Assembly: GCA_965235115.1 (NCBI GenBank) | Contig: OZ249436.1 | Coordinates: forward strand, 39,868,001 to 39,932,000 | Source of the DNA: Laetmonice hystrix | Lineage: Eukaryota | DNA: 64,000 bases | Direction of reading: 5' to 3' | Part shown: in pieces, positions 11,391-25,433 of the stretch | Layout of the letters: each line of letters opens with the position of its first letter | Position numbering within the stretch: position 1 is the stretch's first letter | Position numbers and translations under genes: made by a program | The notes under the pieces: model-generated | The model's database searches: none | Seen by the model: only the letters and a program-made list of their open reading frames with translations | What the model was told of the DNA's origin: nothing

Positions 11391-12907
11391 ATGGCGGCGC
11401 CCATGGTCATCATGAGGAACCGAGCGTGGTTTCTCTACGTAATTCCGTTTTTTCGGCAAACTATTGCGTATTCCAAGACGAAAGTAGAAAAAGGTACATT
11501 CCAGATTTTATCTGGAGATGTACAGTGTGGGAAACATGCAGGGTGTTCAGGAAGGTGCCTTTCTCAGGCGGTTGCGTTGGACTTCGGTCGGTCCAGCGGT
11601 GGACTGCCGCGGACGAACTCTGCCGCAGATTGCATTGTTTTCGGCGTGATGCCCGGAGTAACAAAGTTTACAAAGTCCTGGTACACAACACAAGGAACCA
11701 GAGAGCATTTGGAGAATAAATGCTGGAACTGTGAAAAACACACCACCGGACTATTCTTCTGCGAACATTGCAATTTTATTCAACCCGCATTGACGGGTCA
11801 AAATTATTTTGAGGTTCTCGGGGTGCCAGTTCAATTTGACATTGATGAAGTCGAGCTTACACAACTGTTCAGACGTCTTCAGCGTCACCTCCATCCTGAC
11901 AAGTTTTCCAATAAATCTCAGGTACACTACAGAAGGTTGAACCGCTTTGTGAGGTCAAAAATTCAATATTATAGACTTCTTAACGCCCCTCCTTTGGCCA
12001 ACGGTGCCGCAAAAAAAACCCAGAGTTAATAAAAATTGAAGAACAAAAGCACAGCTTACTGGGTTTCGCTTACTGTATAACAAGTAATTTTAGTGAGGTA
12101 TTTAATTTAGCGATTTGCCGTTCACACTAACAATAGTTGCCGCTAAATTTTAACCATAAAGCCTTCCATACCAGTAGGCCTACTTATTCTCAAATCACTA
12201 AAATTTGTACTCACTAAATAGTCCATATTGAAAATTCACTAAATTTTATACCCGCTAAATTAAATTGTTATACAGTATATTATATTCAAGCAAGGCATAA
12301 ATATATAAGCAAGGCATTTTTTCGTCTTGTAGCTCTGTGCTGACTAAATAGAATGTCGCTCCCCAAAGAATATCCCCCATATTGGGGATATATATTGCCC
12401 CAACACTGTTTCAAAAGGGACTTTTATTTTGCCTTATATGAAGAATTGGAACTTGATTTTGTCTGCATATGCTCTATTGGGTGATCCTTTTATTCAGAAT
12501 ATGTGTTTTCTCTGCAGGCCGAGCGTACCTATTCAGAAGAACAATCTTCCTTGGTTAACAAAGCTTACCAAACCCTACAAAAACCACTACCTCGCAGCAT
12601 ATATCTGCTTGAAATGCATGGAGCTACACTGGAAGAATCTGAAATTCAGATGGACCCTGAATTTCTTCTGGAAATAATGGAAATCAACGAGACACTAGTG
12701 GAATTAGACAACATCGGTTCAGTTAGAGAGCTTGGGGACGCGAACAGGAAAGAACTTCGTATTCTGATGGATGCTGCCTCACAGGCATTCAAAGACGGTG
12801 ACATTCCCAGGGCCAAGCAGATTATTGCCAAGCTGAAGTATTATGCAAATATTGATGACAAAGTTAAAGAAATTGAATTGAGATATGCTGGGAAAGGTAG
12901 TATTTGA
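11391..12907 (+). CDS. HSCB: Mitochondrial Fe-S cluster co-chaperone Hsc20; exons 11391-11921, 12518-12907 (306 aa)
   Basis: Basic N-terminal presequence-like region, CWNC...CEHC zinc motif, J-domain NYFEVLG...LQRHLHPDKF, SSLVNKAYQTL, MDPEFLLEIMEINE and KLKYY; phase-0 GT-AG intron. Confidence 0.96.
12071..12277. mobile_element. Tc1/mariner-type MITE in the HSCB intron
   Basis: TACTGTATAACAA ... TTGTTATACAGTA (TA-flanked TIR); internal CGCTAAA/CACTAAA repeats. Confidence 0.75.
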
Positions 12908-13784
12908 ATCATGAGAATGAATACAGAGGACAATCTTATCATGACAATGGTGGAAACTTTTATCTCAATGTTTAGCAGCCCTTGTAGAAATGAATGAAAA
13001 GAAATGAGAATGGGCTTTAAAAATAACCGACAAGTTTTAATGTGTATAAAGAAAGTTTTAATATGTTTATTTATAATGGGTCATATTGAAACACAATAAT
13101 GTCAATAATTTTTGCTTAATGTGCACAGTAAAAAGTTGAAAGTTAAAGTTAAAAATAAAGGCTTGAAGACAGCCTTGTCAGCAGTGTTCTAAGCATTATA
13201 AACTAATGTCACAATGTTAAACTATATATATAGCCTACTTTAAAAAAGATTTTTAAGTGATTTGGTGATAATAACCAGGAAAGAATAAATCTAGTGCTGA
13301 TTATGTTTGTTTAACCCAACACCAGTTGTGTTTTATATGGGAATTGTCTGACATATTTTAATCGTGAGTGTTGATAATTTTGATTTAGATAGCCACCAAT
13401 TCATTTAGATCATATTATGTTCTCTTCGTCGTGAATTTAAAATATTCTATTTGTAATGTATATAAAAAAAATAAAAACGGAAATTTCTTATAAGCACTTC
13501 ATGTATTCCTATAAGTTTGAAGTTATTGTAATCACATTGTTTTTAATTTTCTTCTAAACTGGACGAAGGCTTAACATTCCCCCACCCCCCCCCCAAAAAA
13601 AAAACCGAAACGGCGCACTCTAAAGGTAGAAAAATGGCGTGTTGAACCCCCAGTTGTACCCCCCCCCCAATTGCCCCCCCCCCTTGCAGTGCATGATAAC
13701 GCACTGGGCCGGGATAGTCTACATATTGAAACTTCTATCGCTTATCGTATATTGTTCCTCCCAGCTGGCCGCATGTGTTTAGTA

Positions 13785-14069
13785 CAGGGGCGGATTCAGA
13801 GCAGTTTTTCACCGGTTTCCAATACGGGCATGCTATAGGTGGGCCCGGGGCCCGGAGAATGTTCCCCAGAAAAGAAATTGAAAATTTTGATTGCTTTTTT
13901 TATTGCGTTTTAGGCAAGAAAATTGCCGAAAATCAGACTGAAAATATAGCCTGGAAAATGTACATTTTATTAAATAATTGTGTAAAGAGATTACTGTTGT
14001 TTGGGAGGGGGAGGGGCTAAACCTTTGAACGGTTTTCAGAAAACGGGCGAAACCCCCTGGATCCGCCTG
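13785..14069. mobile_element. CAG-ended MITE with a 5-bp TSD (hAT5-like)
   Basis: CAGGGGCGGATTCAG ... CTGGATCCGCCTG; TAGTA at 13780-13784 and 14070-14074. Confidence 0.75.
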
Positions 14070-16582
14070 TAGTATTATTATCCGGAGCCTTTTCCTGTTC
14101 TGAATAACCAATGTATAATTTATTTTAAGTTTTTGTAGCCTAAATTTGTTTCATTTATGAGTAAGCCATGTCTTAATTGTATGAAGTCGGCAGGCCTACG
14201 GGTCTATGATCAGACCTATAAATTCTATAGGCCTAGGCTAAGCGTTCGGAAAGTATACAGTTAGGCCTAGGGCCTAGCGGGTTTTAGTTGGGGGGGGGGG
14301 GGGGAGGCTAGTACGGGGTGGCTAAAAATGTGAAGGGGAGGCTAGCACATGAGATACGGGCACACGTTCCTTGTGTTAGCCAATAATGTTGGAGGGGGGG
14401 GGGGGGGTGGCTAGATAAAATTGGGGGGGGGGGGGCTCAATTATTAAGCCCCCAATTACATGTAGTCTAAGCCATCGATGCGAGTCGTCGCCGCTGAATT
14501 AGTTTTACATTAGACCTAGTTCCTTTTCTTCTTATAGTTCACAAAGTTCTACAGGAATATGTAGGGCCTAGGCTCGGTCTATATTGTTCCAAGGGTGAAA
14601 TATTCACCCGCCGATGATAAAATAGGCCTACGACTGGAGCCGGTAGCACGCGGCTGTTCGAGGCGGGAAGCACTACTCGTATCTAGGGCGAGACCCCCCA
14701 GAGCTTATTGTGACCTAGAAACCCTTGCCCAAGATATTGTGTGGGTGTTGCCCGTTTCATGCTTATATCATAGACTGGAGGCCGTCGTTCGGTTTGCGCA
14801 GCTCACGTCGGGCCGCCTCCGGCCTATAGCTGAACACAGTGAATCACCCTGGATGTCAGCCCAATCGTGGACATGTATATTACGTCACAGGGTCGCATCT
14901 TTACGACAGATCTACTTATACTTCTGTAGTGGTTAGCATCAGCCTTTACATTCCTGAACTCAAGCCCGCAGTCCGTGCGGCACTGAGCGGAGCGTAGACC
15001 GTACGAGTCACTGCTATCGTCGCCGCCCCTCCCACGTACTCCACCCCGCCCGGGGTTTGTGACCGGCAAGCAGCGACGGGCAAGTCGGTCTTCGCACCTG
15101 TAGTACGCCAGACCTCACTGGTGACAGTATTGATTCCCACAGCGATAACCAGTAGATCAACAATTAAGCAGGTGAGGCTATTTGTTTTTGTCAGGCCCTA
15201 TATTCCCCCCGGTTTCCCCCGACAATAAGACTATAGCCTATGCCTTGGTTTGAGCAAGACTGAGGTCAGGGCGGGGTCTGGGTATCTCGGACCAAGGATT
15301 GGTAGGACTGGGAGTAGGAAGATGATACCCCGGTAGGCCTATAGCCAGGCCGTATGGCTACGGGGGCGCTAAGGCTACGCTACAGTGAGACTTATATAGG
15401 GCATAGGCCTATAGGCACAATGAACGAGTTATCCAGGCCGAAGTTATAAAACAACCGTTGCATTGGCCTGCAAAGCTGTATTGCCATGCTGGTTACGTAA
15501 CTTATAGCGATAGCGGCGGCAAGGCATATCGGCTATCTCACGTACAGGCTGAGCCGATAACTCAGTGCAGGCTGCCAGTACCATTAGGCCTATTACCATT
15601 TGTATAATATCTATCAGGGACCTGCCCCTAAGCAATATACAATGTACCTTCATCTGTTTGATCATTGTGACATTGCAGCCCCCCCCCCCCCCAGTATTGA
15701 ACATCACAAGGTGGAGATGTCACTGCATGTGTGTGCACCCACCTTGGACAAAACAATTCTTGTGCACATCTTTTGGTCTTAGACAAGCAAAACACACCTG
15801 AAGGGGGGTAATGATTTGCACTTCATCTTAGTGGAACTTGCTAAATGTTTATTGTGAAACGAAAAATAAAATCAAAAGAAATACAACTTGAATACTCTCA
15901 TTTCAAAGAAGTACTCCCATCCCCAGTATATATCACAAAACTTGGCACCTGTCCACAAATCTGTGCTTCATTCTAGGACCCCAGTTCTGACTGGACTGGG
16001 GCCAAACCCATAGTTCCACTTGGAAGGACTGTTCCACACATTGATTTCCTGGGTGACCTATTGATGTTACCAGTGCATGCAAGTCGTCAAACCGGATAGA
16101 TCAGTAAAACCTGACAACTAGATTTCTTCTTTTAGTGAATGGCCAATATTCATTATAGGCCTTAATCAGTGCTAATTTTGTTAAAAGTATCTGTTCGGAT
16201 TTATTTCTTGGCAGATGGCCAATATTCATTGTGAGCTTTAAACAGTGCTAATTTTGTTAAAAGTATCGCTTTAACAAGTAGTATTATTCATAGTAGGTAG
16301 GTCTTTAAATTAAAGTTAATCGATGGTTCAGTACAAAGTGTAGGACATTCGATGTATACTAAAACGATTGGCTTATGGTAGACACTGATAGTTTCTGAAT
16401 TTAGACTATCAGCCAAAATATTCATGTTTAATTAACTTGAGATATATCATGGAAGTGGATGTATGAAAATGCCTTGTTTATACGAAAGGCGTCTTGTCAA
16501 AATGCCAGAAGACATCTCTATGTATAACCATGTGCCTTCGGTTTTGCTTTTCACCTCTAGGAATCTGCCCGCCGTTGTAAGG

Positions 16583-19500
16583 ATGTTGACGTTCGCGGTG
16601 GCCGTACTGGGGGTAGGAGCAGCCCTTATGTGGCTCCTCAACTACAGGTACCCTTGGCTCAAGACGGACCTCAAACAAATATTTGTCTACAGCAAGAGTC
16701 TGATAGCACTGATGGGCTTTGTCCATCGGCGGCACACTTTGGTGGACGTCTTTGAAGAACGTGTGCGGCGGCACCCAGACAAAACTTTCCTCATATTTCA
16801 GGTATTGTCAGCAGGAGGGAAAGAGTGTTGTACTCTGCAACCCATAGTATGAGAACGAATTTTGAACTCTAATAACTGTGGAAATAACTCTAGTGACCTT
16901 TTGGAATTGACATGTTTTATAAGTATTGGTTTCAATGTTTCCGAAGTACTGTTTATCAGCGTGAACTGAAAATAATTTTTGTATTCACCAAATTATTGCT
17001 TGAAATATTGCAAAAGTCTCTCTCGGCCAGATAATGGGTGTACATGTATATGGTTGTATATATGTACATGTACATGTATAATGGGTGTATATGGGTGTAC
17101 ATGTATAATGTATAATGGGTGGGGTGGGTGTATATATGTATAATGGGCAGGGGTGGGTGTATATATGTATAATGGGTGTATATGGGTGTATATGGGTGTG
17201 TATAATGGGTGGGGGTGGGTGTGTATATATATGTATAATGGGTGTATATGGATGTATATGTATAATGGGTGTATATGGCTGTATATATGTATAATGGGTG
17301 TATATGGCTGTATACATGTATATGTATAATGGGGGTATATGGATATACATGTATATGTATAAAGGGGGATAATGGTATATTTCATGAATATCAAGAAAAT
17401 ACACAGTCATGCCTGTTTCAATGCTCGATCCTTTTGGGTTTTCGGTTCCAGGACAATTCCTACTCGTATGGCTACATGAACCAGCAGATGAACCGCATGG
17501 CACACGTTGCCAAGGAGAAGCTAGGTTTGAAGGCAGGCGACACGGTAGCAATGTTCATGCCTAACGAACCTGCCTTTCTCTGGACATTCTTTGGTATGTG
17601 TAGACCTTACAATATTAACTGTATAACAGACCAGTTCATTTTCATTACAGCTGGTCAGTGTTATCCGTTCTTCTTGTGTGACGAAGAAAGTGATGGGAAA
17701 AAAAGAATTGATTGATAGATTGAATCTTATATTTAAAAGTATTCAAAAGTGATTTTAGTGACGTTTATCAAAGGCCAGAAGTGTGAGTTGTCATTGTTAG
17801 AGATCAGTGGAAACAAATCGGTCAGGTGTCCTCAACAGTGACGGTTTTCACATTTCCGTTTGCAGGGCTTGCCAAGATTGGAGTAAGAGTAGCATTCCTC
17901 AACTTCAACCTGCGACGAAAGGCACTGCTTCATTGTTTTAATGTAGCAGACACCAAAACTCTCTTTTTGGGGCACGGTGAGTGTACATGTATATCTATTG
18001 AACGTTGAAGTTAAAAGTTAAGGTGGGGAGTAAAACAAAAGGTTTGTTGCAGGTTTTGGAAGTAAGGGATTTCATGCGGAACGCGCCGTGTTGGGTCTAA
18101 AGGGGCAAATGACTCAGGTATATAGGCCCAGGCCCCAGTTTTTAGTTTGCAAACCGAGTCTTAAGATTCAAATCTTAAGTCTGAACTCTTGTTTCAGAGC
18201 TTCTGATTGGTCCTTCAAATGAAGTCAGCCAATGAGGGACCATAACACAAGTCAGTCTTAAAATTCCAGTCTTAAGATTGGTAAAATGATGAACTAAAAA
18301 CCGGGCCCAGGAGAGGACGTACCTGAAATAAGACAGGGCGGGCCCCCAAAACATGACCGTCAAACATTATCCACAACCGTGAAGCCATGAAATTACTTGG
18401 CTCTCTCACTGGCCTTACACGTTGTCATGAAAGTGCTAGTGGAGGTCTTGTACACCAGCGACATCGGGAGAATTTTTCTCAATCGGTAGTGGGCTGTTTT
18501 TTTTTCTTTTTCTTGGAGGGAGGGGGAGGGGTCCATTTTTGCCTGATACCAAGGACGCCTAATGCACATTGTGATTGTGACTTCTCCCTTTTCTGAACAG
18601 AACAGAAATACCCTAAAAAACGGTACAAGGGCGACAAAAATGCGTCTTCAGTGAGGTTTTAAGGAGTTATCTTGTTAGACATGTAGGCCTACTGTATGTC
18701 TTAGCTCTTGCCTTCTAATTACTATGTTTCCGTGGTGAACATTTTAAACTGACCAATGTACAGCAAGACTCCCAGCAGGTCAAAATGACAAACGTTGGCT
18801 TTCAAACATTGATTGGAAGTAATTATATACATTTACTGTGGAGAACCGTACTATTGACAGATGTGTTCTGGCATTTAGAAATAGATTTAATGTAGGATAT
18901 GAGTTGACACAGCTGGTCAGTGCTATGTTTTAGTAATACCAGATGGCGATCCAGGATTTTGATAGGGGGGGGGGGCCCACCTAAAAAAACATTTCGGCCT
19001 TGCTACGCCCAGCATGATTTCATTGTGTCTGCCTGTATTACCCATACACAAAATAATTGCTAAATTAACACACTTCTAAATGTTTTATTTTATTCAAATA
19101 CTATGTTATTCAGATATAGTCATAATTATCTTCATAAAAAAGATAAAAGAAGGAAACTCTAAGGGGGGGGGGGGGGGCAGGCCCCCGGGCCCCCCTGGAT
19201 CCCCCAGTGAATACTGTTCCAATATCATATATTTGCCACTCCAGGTGATGAGTTGCTGGCTGCCCTGGAGGAGATCCGTGGTGATATGGGACGGGATGTG
19301 ACCATCTACAGCCAGGGTCATGCCACCATTCCTCCAGGGATTATCCCACTGGAGGAAATGATAGCTGAGGCTTTACCTACAAACATGGAGAAATCGGTAC
19401 GGAGCAGTGTCAAGTATTCTGACGTCCTCTGCTACATCTACACGTCGGGGACGACAGGTATGTGCAACACGACAGGTGTGCTTACTGTGGGAGCAGCAAA

Positions 19501-22500
19501 CATTGTATGTCGGCAAAATTGACAGAATAGCAAATCACATGCGTTTATAAATGGTCAGTGTCACCTCTTTGGATATAGCAAGAGCACTCTGCACACAGAT
19601 CTGATAGCACGCTACATTTACTTACTACACTGTAGCAAGGGCTGTCTGATTGTCCATTGTCAGTCCCATGGTTAAATCCCTTTTGACCTTGAGTGACCTT
19701 GAAAAGTATAATCAAGTTGATGAATATTTTCAATGGAGTTATTATGCCATGCAAGAGAAGTGTATGCTAGTAGTTTTCAACAGTTTTCTGAGAAGTGGAG
19801 TTTGATCTTATCTCTTAGAAGATAAGGCCAATTGTTGGTTGGTTTGGCGCCTGTTCTTCTCGAATCCAGGGTTTCTGTAGGATTTCAGCTGTCCATTACA
19901 AGACACACGCAAAACGGCCTACCACATGCCTACCACATACCAGGAACTGACCCTAAAAGATGTCATATTCGTAGCTGACAAATTGAATAACCACTCAGCG
20001 ATTATGTAATTCGCATTGGCACAGGTGTGCAAACCCCGACTTATTTGTCCATCCCAGCCTACTTTTGCACACCTAAAACGTGCACACAACTAGGCCTGGT
20101 TAGTAGTAAATTTGGTTAATATTGCTGCTTCCTTTTGCTTCTCAAAAGCATCTTTGGATTCCCTCTTAAACTTATAAAGCCTTCTGATAGAGTAAATCTT
20201 CTTGTGTTATAATGTAAACCTTGTAATGTAAATTTCCCCTGTTTTTTATTTTACGGTAGTTTTTCAGATATTGTATTAGGATAGTTTCTGGGAATGATTG
20301 TATAAAGGTGCGGCAGAAGGCTGAATGTTAGAAATCAGAATTTGATCACATTGTCCGTTTCTGATAGGTGTTACAAGGGCTTTTTGACAAGGTCCAACGG
20401 TGGATGGAATTTAAAATCAATCACCCTTTCTGCCACACCCTGTACCCATGTGTACATTCTTTGCAGTCAAGTTCTATTTTGTTTATTTGATATCATATTT
20501 CATTCCCGAAAGTGGCATAACAGTGCTGTCTGACCTTTATTTCTACAAGTGTCCCTGTTCAGGTATGTATCGTGTGGACCCTTTTGCAAAAGTTGTTTTT
20601 TTTTGCTGCAAAAGGTGTGGCTTTCATTAACTTTCCATACTTTTCTCTCAAAATGCATGCTAAATTTTATCAATCGAACATTCTTAAAGGAGGGACTAAA
20701 TAAAAAATCTTTTCCCTATTCAGGGGGACACTATCCAACCCCATAATTTAGCAGACCCATTCCCTGTCAGTAAAAGCATGTTAATATCGTCATCAGAACT
20801 GATCAAATTGAACCCTTTGGTTTGCATGAATTGTGTACTGGTGCAGTTGTTTAGTCAAAATATTCCAGACATTGTTAATGGGTGAAGATTTAAAGGCAAT
20901 GATATTATCAAAATGTGAGAAAGATCAGGATTATTTTTAGCTGGGCTAAGGGGGATATCGGTATCCGTCAGGCAAAGCTCCCAGCCCTCGAGACAGACAT
21001 CAGGGCTTCACTACTGGAAAAATAGGTTTTGCCAGGTCCCATAAAACTTACTACATGTAGTTGGAACATTAAGTCCGTTGAATAAGGTGGTTTCTGCTTG
21101 AAATGTTATACTCTGGAGCTCCGTTAAGTTGTGGGCATCATGCTGTAAACTGAGGGACGCCCGCTTGTGTAAACCAAACGTTCCAAAATGTAAAGTCGCG
21201 CTTAGGTTTCAGAAATTAAAAATGATAAAATATACATTTGAATGAAATAAAAATAGAAAGTATTGATTAAAAAAATGATCGACTGAACATTGGAGACTAT
21301 CTCTCTGTTTTTCAAACATTTTTACTTACTTTTTTTTACACTTTTCATGGTGGCAACATTTGTGTCTGTGTTTTTTTAGGTTATTCTGGTGAGAATGGTT
21401 AGTTCTGATCTAAGATGTCTGTAGCATTTGTCTGACACACTGGGCATATTACTGAAATGAATGTAGAGTGTTTTGCATGATTTTGACTCGCTTTCTGCCC
21501 AACCTCGAGTCTGTGGATATCAAGATATCAGTTTAGGCCTTAAATCTGCATTACCCAGTCAAATGTATCTTTAGGGGCATACCGATTTTGTTGTTGTTTA
21601 GATTAGGGTACTTCTATTAAAATGTAAGACAATTTATTGCCAGTCTCAATCGGGACGATGTCTGTTACCGGTAATACATTTGTACCAGGAATAGTAAAGA
21701 TGATCACGTTTCTGATTGTGCTGATGGTTTATTTTTGAAGTGTACACCTGTGTAAAACTAACATATTAATGCCCAAGAAATATTTGTCCTGACAGTCAAA
21801 CCAATTATTCCTGTTATTAGTATAGTGTAGGGGATTTTCCTGGAAGAAGTCCTGGAGGGTATACCAAGTTATGCATGTGGGAATTATAATGTTTTTAAAG
21901 TTGTCAAGCGAAGATAAAGTTGTGTGTAGACCTGAGCATGATAATGATTGGAATTTTTGGATGTAAAGAAATGTGTGAAGTTTTGTATTAAGTTGTTCAT
22001 GTTCCAGTTTGTATGTAAACGAACTCTTTTCTCCCCAGCCAAGCAAAGAACAATACTGCGACTCTGTGAGAATAGAATAATATCCCTTAACATCCTGAAA
22101 ATTTATCGTTATTTTCTTCATTTCCGTATAGGTCTTCCAAAGGCAGCAAGAATGACTCAAATAAAATGTTTGAAGGCTGGTGTTATGATGACCATTGTCG
22201 GAATCCGACCTGACGATGTGTTGTATACTCCCCTACCATTGTACCACTCTGCAGGCGGCTTGATAGGAGTTGGTAACACCATTGTAGCAGGTCAGTTGGT
22301 GGCCAGGAAATCTTCCCTGATGATGCTGCCATTTCTTAATTCACATGTAAAGATTTAATTTGCAAGTGTATCTTTTTCTCTTAATGCTATGCCTTTTAGA
22401 GAGAAAGAGACCGGCAGTGATGAAGGTTACTGCTAATACGTTGACGGACCTAAGTATTGAAGAGTTATGTGTATGGCAAAACTCACGTCGCCCCGTTCAG

Positions 22501-25433
22501 TCAGCTTAAAATAGTCCATTGCTAATTTGCTGCATTTTTTCTTCACCGTTGTGGAGGGCAGGGGCCACGCTGGTGCTGCGGCCTAAATTCAGCGCGAGAT
22601 GTTTCTGGGACGACTGCTGTCGTCATAAGGTCACCATCATTCAGTACATCGGCGAGCTGTGCCGGTACCTTGTGAACACTCCGGAGGTATAGACACGTTC
22701 TGCCTCATTTCTGACAGGATATCAGACCATAGCAAGTAATCTGGGATCAGTGGCAATTTAATTACCGACCTGTGTTATTCTGTTCGATTGTTTTGAATAC
22801 AGAAAGTACGTTTTAAATTGAGGGAATTTGGCTGAATCAGCATCATGGGATCAGGCTGTTGAAATTGTGTCATTTTGTGAGATCATGCCCGACCGTACAA
22901 CTCTTTTCAGAGGGGTCAACTTTAGTGTAGAATGACATAATATCTTGTTGCTTGATGTCATATTGCCAAACACGTGTGCTTTTCTATAATGTACATTGTA
23001 TAAGGAAAATAGATTAGGCTAAATTTGCTGTGTCAGGGCAATGTAACAAACAAGGGAGGTAAATTGGGGTCATCAGCTCCGGCCAGGAGCAGCTGTGAAA
23101 GGCTAGCCTGGGATATAGGTCAAACGAACCTGTGTCATTCCTAACATAAAACAGTAGTTGTCAGGGTGGCACAGACTGGTCGGGATGACTGACTGGCTCA
23201 GACAGCCTCAAGTTCTGACTGAGCTGTGATGTTCAACACGTGGTCTTGTAGCGGTCCGGGACACCCCCCCTCCCCATCACCACCCCCACCCCCCCCCCAT
23301 CCCATATGCCCCACATTGTCATTTAATCGTAACCGCCGTACTCAGGGCCGTACGCAGCCTAAAATTGCTGGGGGATGGGGGGGGGGGGGGGGGGTGCAGA
23401 CCTAGGTCCGGATTGGCACCCTGATCACAAGGATGAATTCACGCCCTGAAGAAAGGGCAGCTGGTCGTAAAAATAGGCACTTTTCGCCATGATTACTTTG
23501 AAGGGGGGGGGGGGGGGGGAAGACTCCCAGATACTGATAGGGATGGCCCTTGTAATGAAGGAGAATGTACCTCTTTTATTTGATTTCATATACAGCCAAA
23601 GGACACATAAAAAGTCCATTGCATCTCCTAAAATGGATTCATCTTGCATTTAATTATATAAGACTTGAAAGTATGCGTACTTTTTTAGCATTTATACGCT
23701 TTTAAAACTGAATAAAAAAATCACAAAGATGGAAGATGCATTTTCAGGAGGCTCAATTAATTGTGCTGTGTTCTTATTGCAGTCCCCCTATGATACGCAG
23801 CACCAGGTTCGCATTGCCTTTGGAAATGGTCTACGCCAAGACATTTGGGAGGATTTTACAAAGAGATTTAAGATTCCCATAGTTGCTGAGTTTTATGCAG
23901 CTACAGAAGGTAACACTGGATTTATCAATATCTTCAACAAGTTTGGGGCTGTTGGAAGAACGTCTCCCTTTTTGGTGAGCATCAGTTAATATCATACAAA
24001 TTCTACAGAGATCTCGCAGTGTTAATTCAAGTGTTTTAGCCGTATGCACAATAATAACAAGTACGTGTATTCAAAAGGAAATTCAAGATGTTGTTTTAAA
24101 TCTAGAAAATTGTAACATCATTATAGTCTAGCACTCTTGTGTCAAAATAGATAAGTAATCATAATCGAGCTTAATCATTTACTCGTGAACGAAAGCGAAG
24201 GAAATGTTATATGTTACATGATGGTAAATGGATTAAATATATACTGGACGGTAAGTATATATCAGCACAACGTCAATTACTGAGTCATTTGAGCCTTTTG
24301 TTGGGAAGAACCCGTTTCAAGAATGATTTTTACGTGTGGCACATATACTCAAACCTTGTTGTTGTAGCAAGGACTGCTATACCCAATTCGCTTTGTGAAG
24401 TGCGACACTTCATCAGCCAAACCAGTGCGGGGCGAAGATGGCCTCTGTATCGAAGCTGCCCTGGGTAAGTGTACGGAAGTATTCGATTATAGGTACCAGT
24501 ACCAGTAGAGTTAAGGCTCCACCTTCTCATTCAAGGGTTGAAGTTCTGCTCCTCAGTTTCTGGGTAATAACCTCAAGCTGGTCGGATAATACATGTTTTA
24601 CCGTTGCCTGGCACCAGGAGAGCCAGGGCTGATGGTCGCTCCGGTAAAGAGAGGATTCGAGTACGATGGATACAAAGATAATGAAGAAATGACGCAACGG
24701 AAGATTGTTCGAAACGTTCGCCAAGAGGGCGACGTGTTTTTCAACTCGGGAGATTTGTTCTTGGTGGACAAAGATTACTTTATATACTTTCATGATCGCC
24801 TTGGAGACACTTTCAGGTGGGTCGAAGAAGGTCTTTTTAAGCGAGCACCACGTACATAGTAAGGTCAGATTGCTGAAGGTGCCTTTTAGAATCACTAGAT
24901 CGAGCCTGTCTTGTTGAAATTGTAAGCATTAGGAGCTGTTTACTTCTGATGGCTGACTTATAGACCATAATTATTTACAAATTTATACAATTCGATTCCC
25001 TTTTCGTTGCAGATGGCGCGGTGAGAATGTTTCAACGATTGAGGTGGCGAACGCCTTGGGGTCGTTGCCATGGGTCCACGATGCCAATGTATACGGAGTG
25101 GTTGTGGCCGGCAATGATGGGCGGGCAGGCATGGCAGTGATCACACTGACCAATGGTCACTCGGCCATATCGGATGACCAGCTCTGGGAACTCTACCAAC
25201 ATTGCACACATCTACTTGCCTCCTACGCCATGCCGCGTTTCGTCAGAGTACGTAACGAAATGGAGATGACGTCGACTTTAAAACCAACGAAGAATCAGTT
25301 GATGGAGTCGGGATACGATCCCGATAAATGTGCGGGAGAACAACTGTTTTATATGGACGTGAGGGGGAAATGCTACCGGCGAATAGACAAAGAAGTGCAT
25401 AGACAAATCACGCAAGGTCTGATTCGGTTTTAG
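16583..25433 (+). CDS. Fatty acid transport protein / very-long-chain acyl-CoA synthetase (SLC27A family); exons 16583-16801, 17452-17593, 17866-17976, 19245-19457, 22132-22290, 22562-22686, 23783-23974, 24368-24464, 24618-24816, 25013-25433 (625 aa)
   Basis: Joined frame is open for 1878 nt. N-terminal hydrophobic anchor, AMP-binding [46 protein letters not shown] and the FATP signature [17 protein letters not shown] likely non-coding exon 1 ends at donor 15172. The paralogue cannot be assigned by eye. Confidence 0.95.
17030..17378. repeat. Low-complexity minisatellite (TGTATAATGGGTGTATA-like units) in an SLC27A intron
   Basis: Repeated TATAATGGGTG and TGTATATA motifs. Confidence 0.85.
18129..18310. 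mobile_element. CAG-flanked Harbinger-like MITE
   Basis: CAG-GCCCCAGTTTTTAGTT ... AACTAAAAACCGGGCC-CAG; internal AGTCTTAAGA repeats. Confidence 0.65.
18940..19209. mobile_element. MITE with a 5-bp TSD (hAT5-like)
   Basis: CAGATGGCGATCCAGG ... CCTGGATCCCCCAGTG; AATAC at 18935-18939 and 19210-19214. Confidence 0.7.

Noticed and set aside
16985..17551. His/Pro/Tyr-rich ORFs of 188 and 133 aa
   Set aside because: Translations of an intronic minisatellite, antisense to SLC27A.
25013..25036. RWRGENV instead of RWKGENV in the FATP signature
   Set aside because: To my recollection Arg also occurs at this position in characterised FATP1, so it is not unusual.
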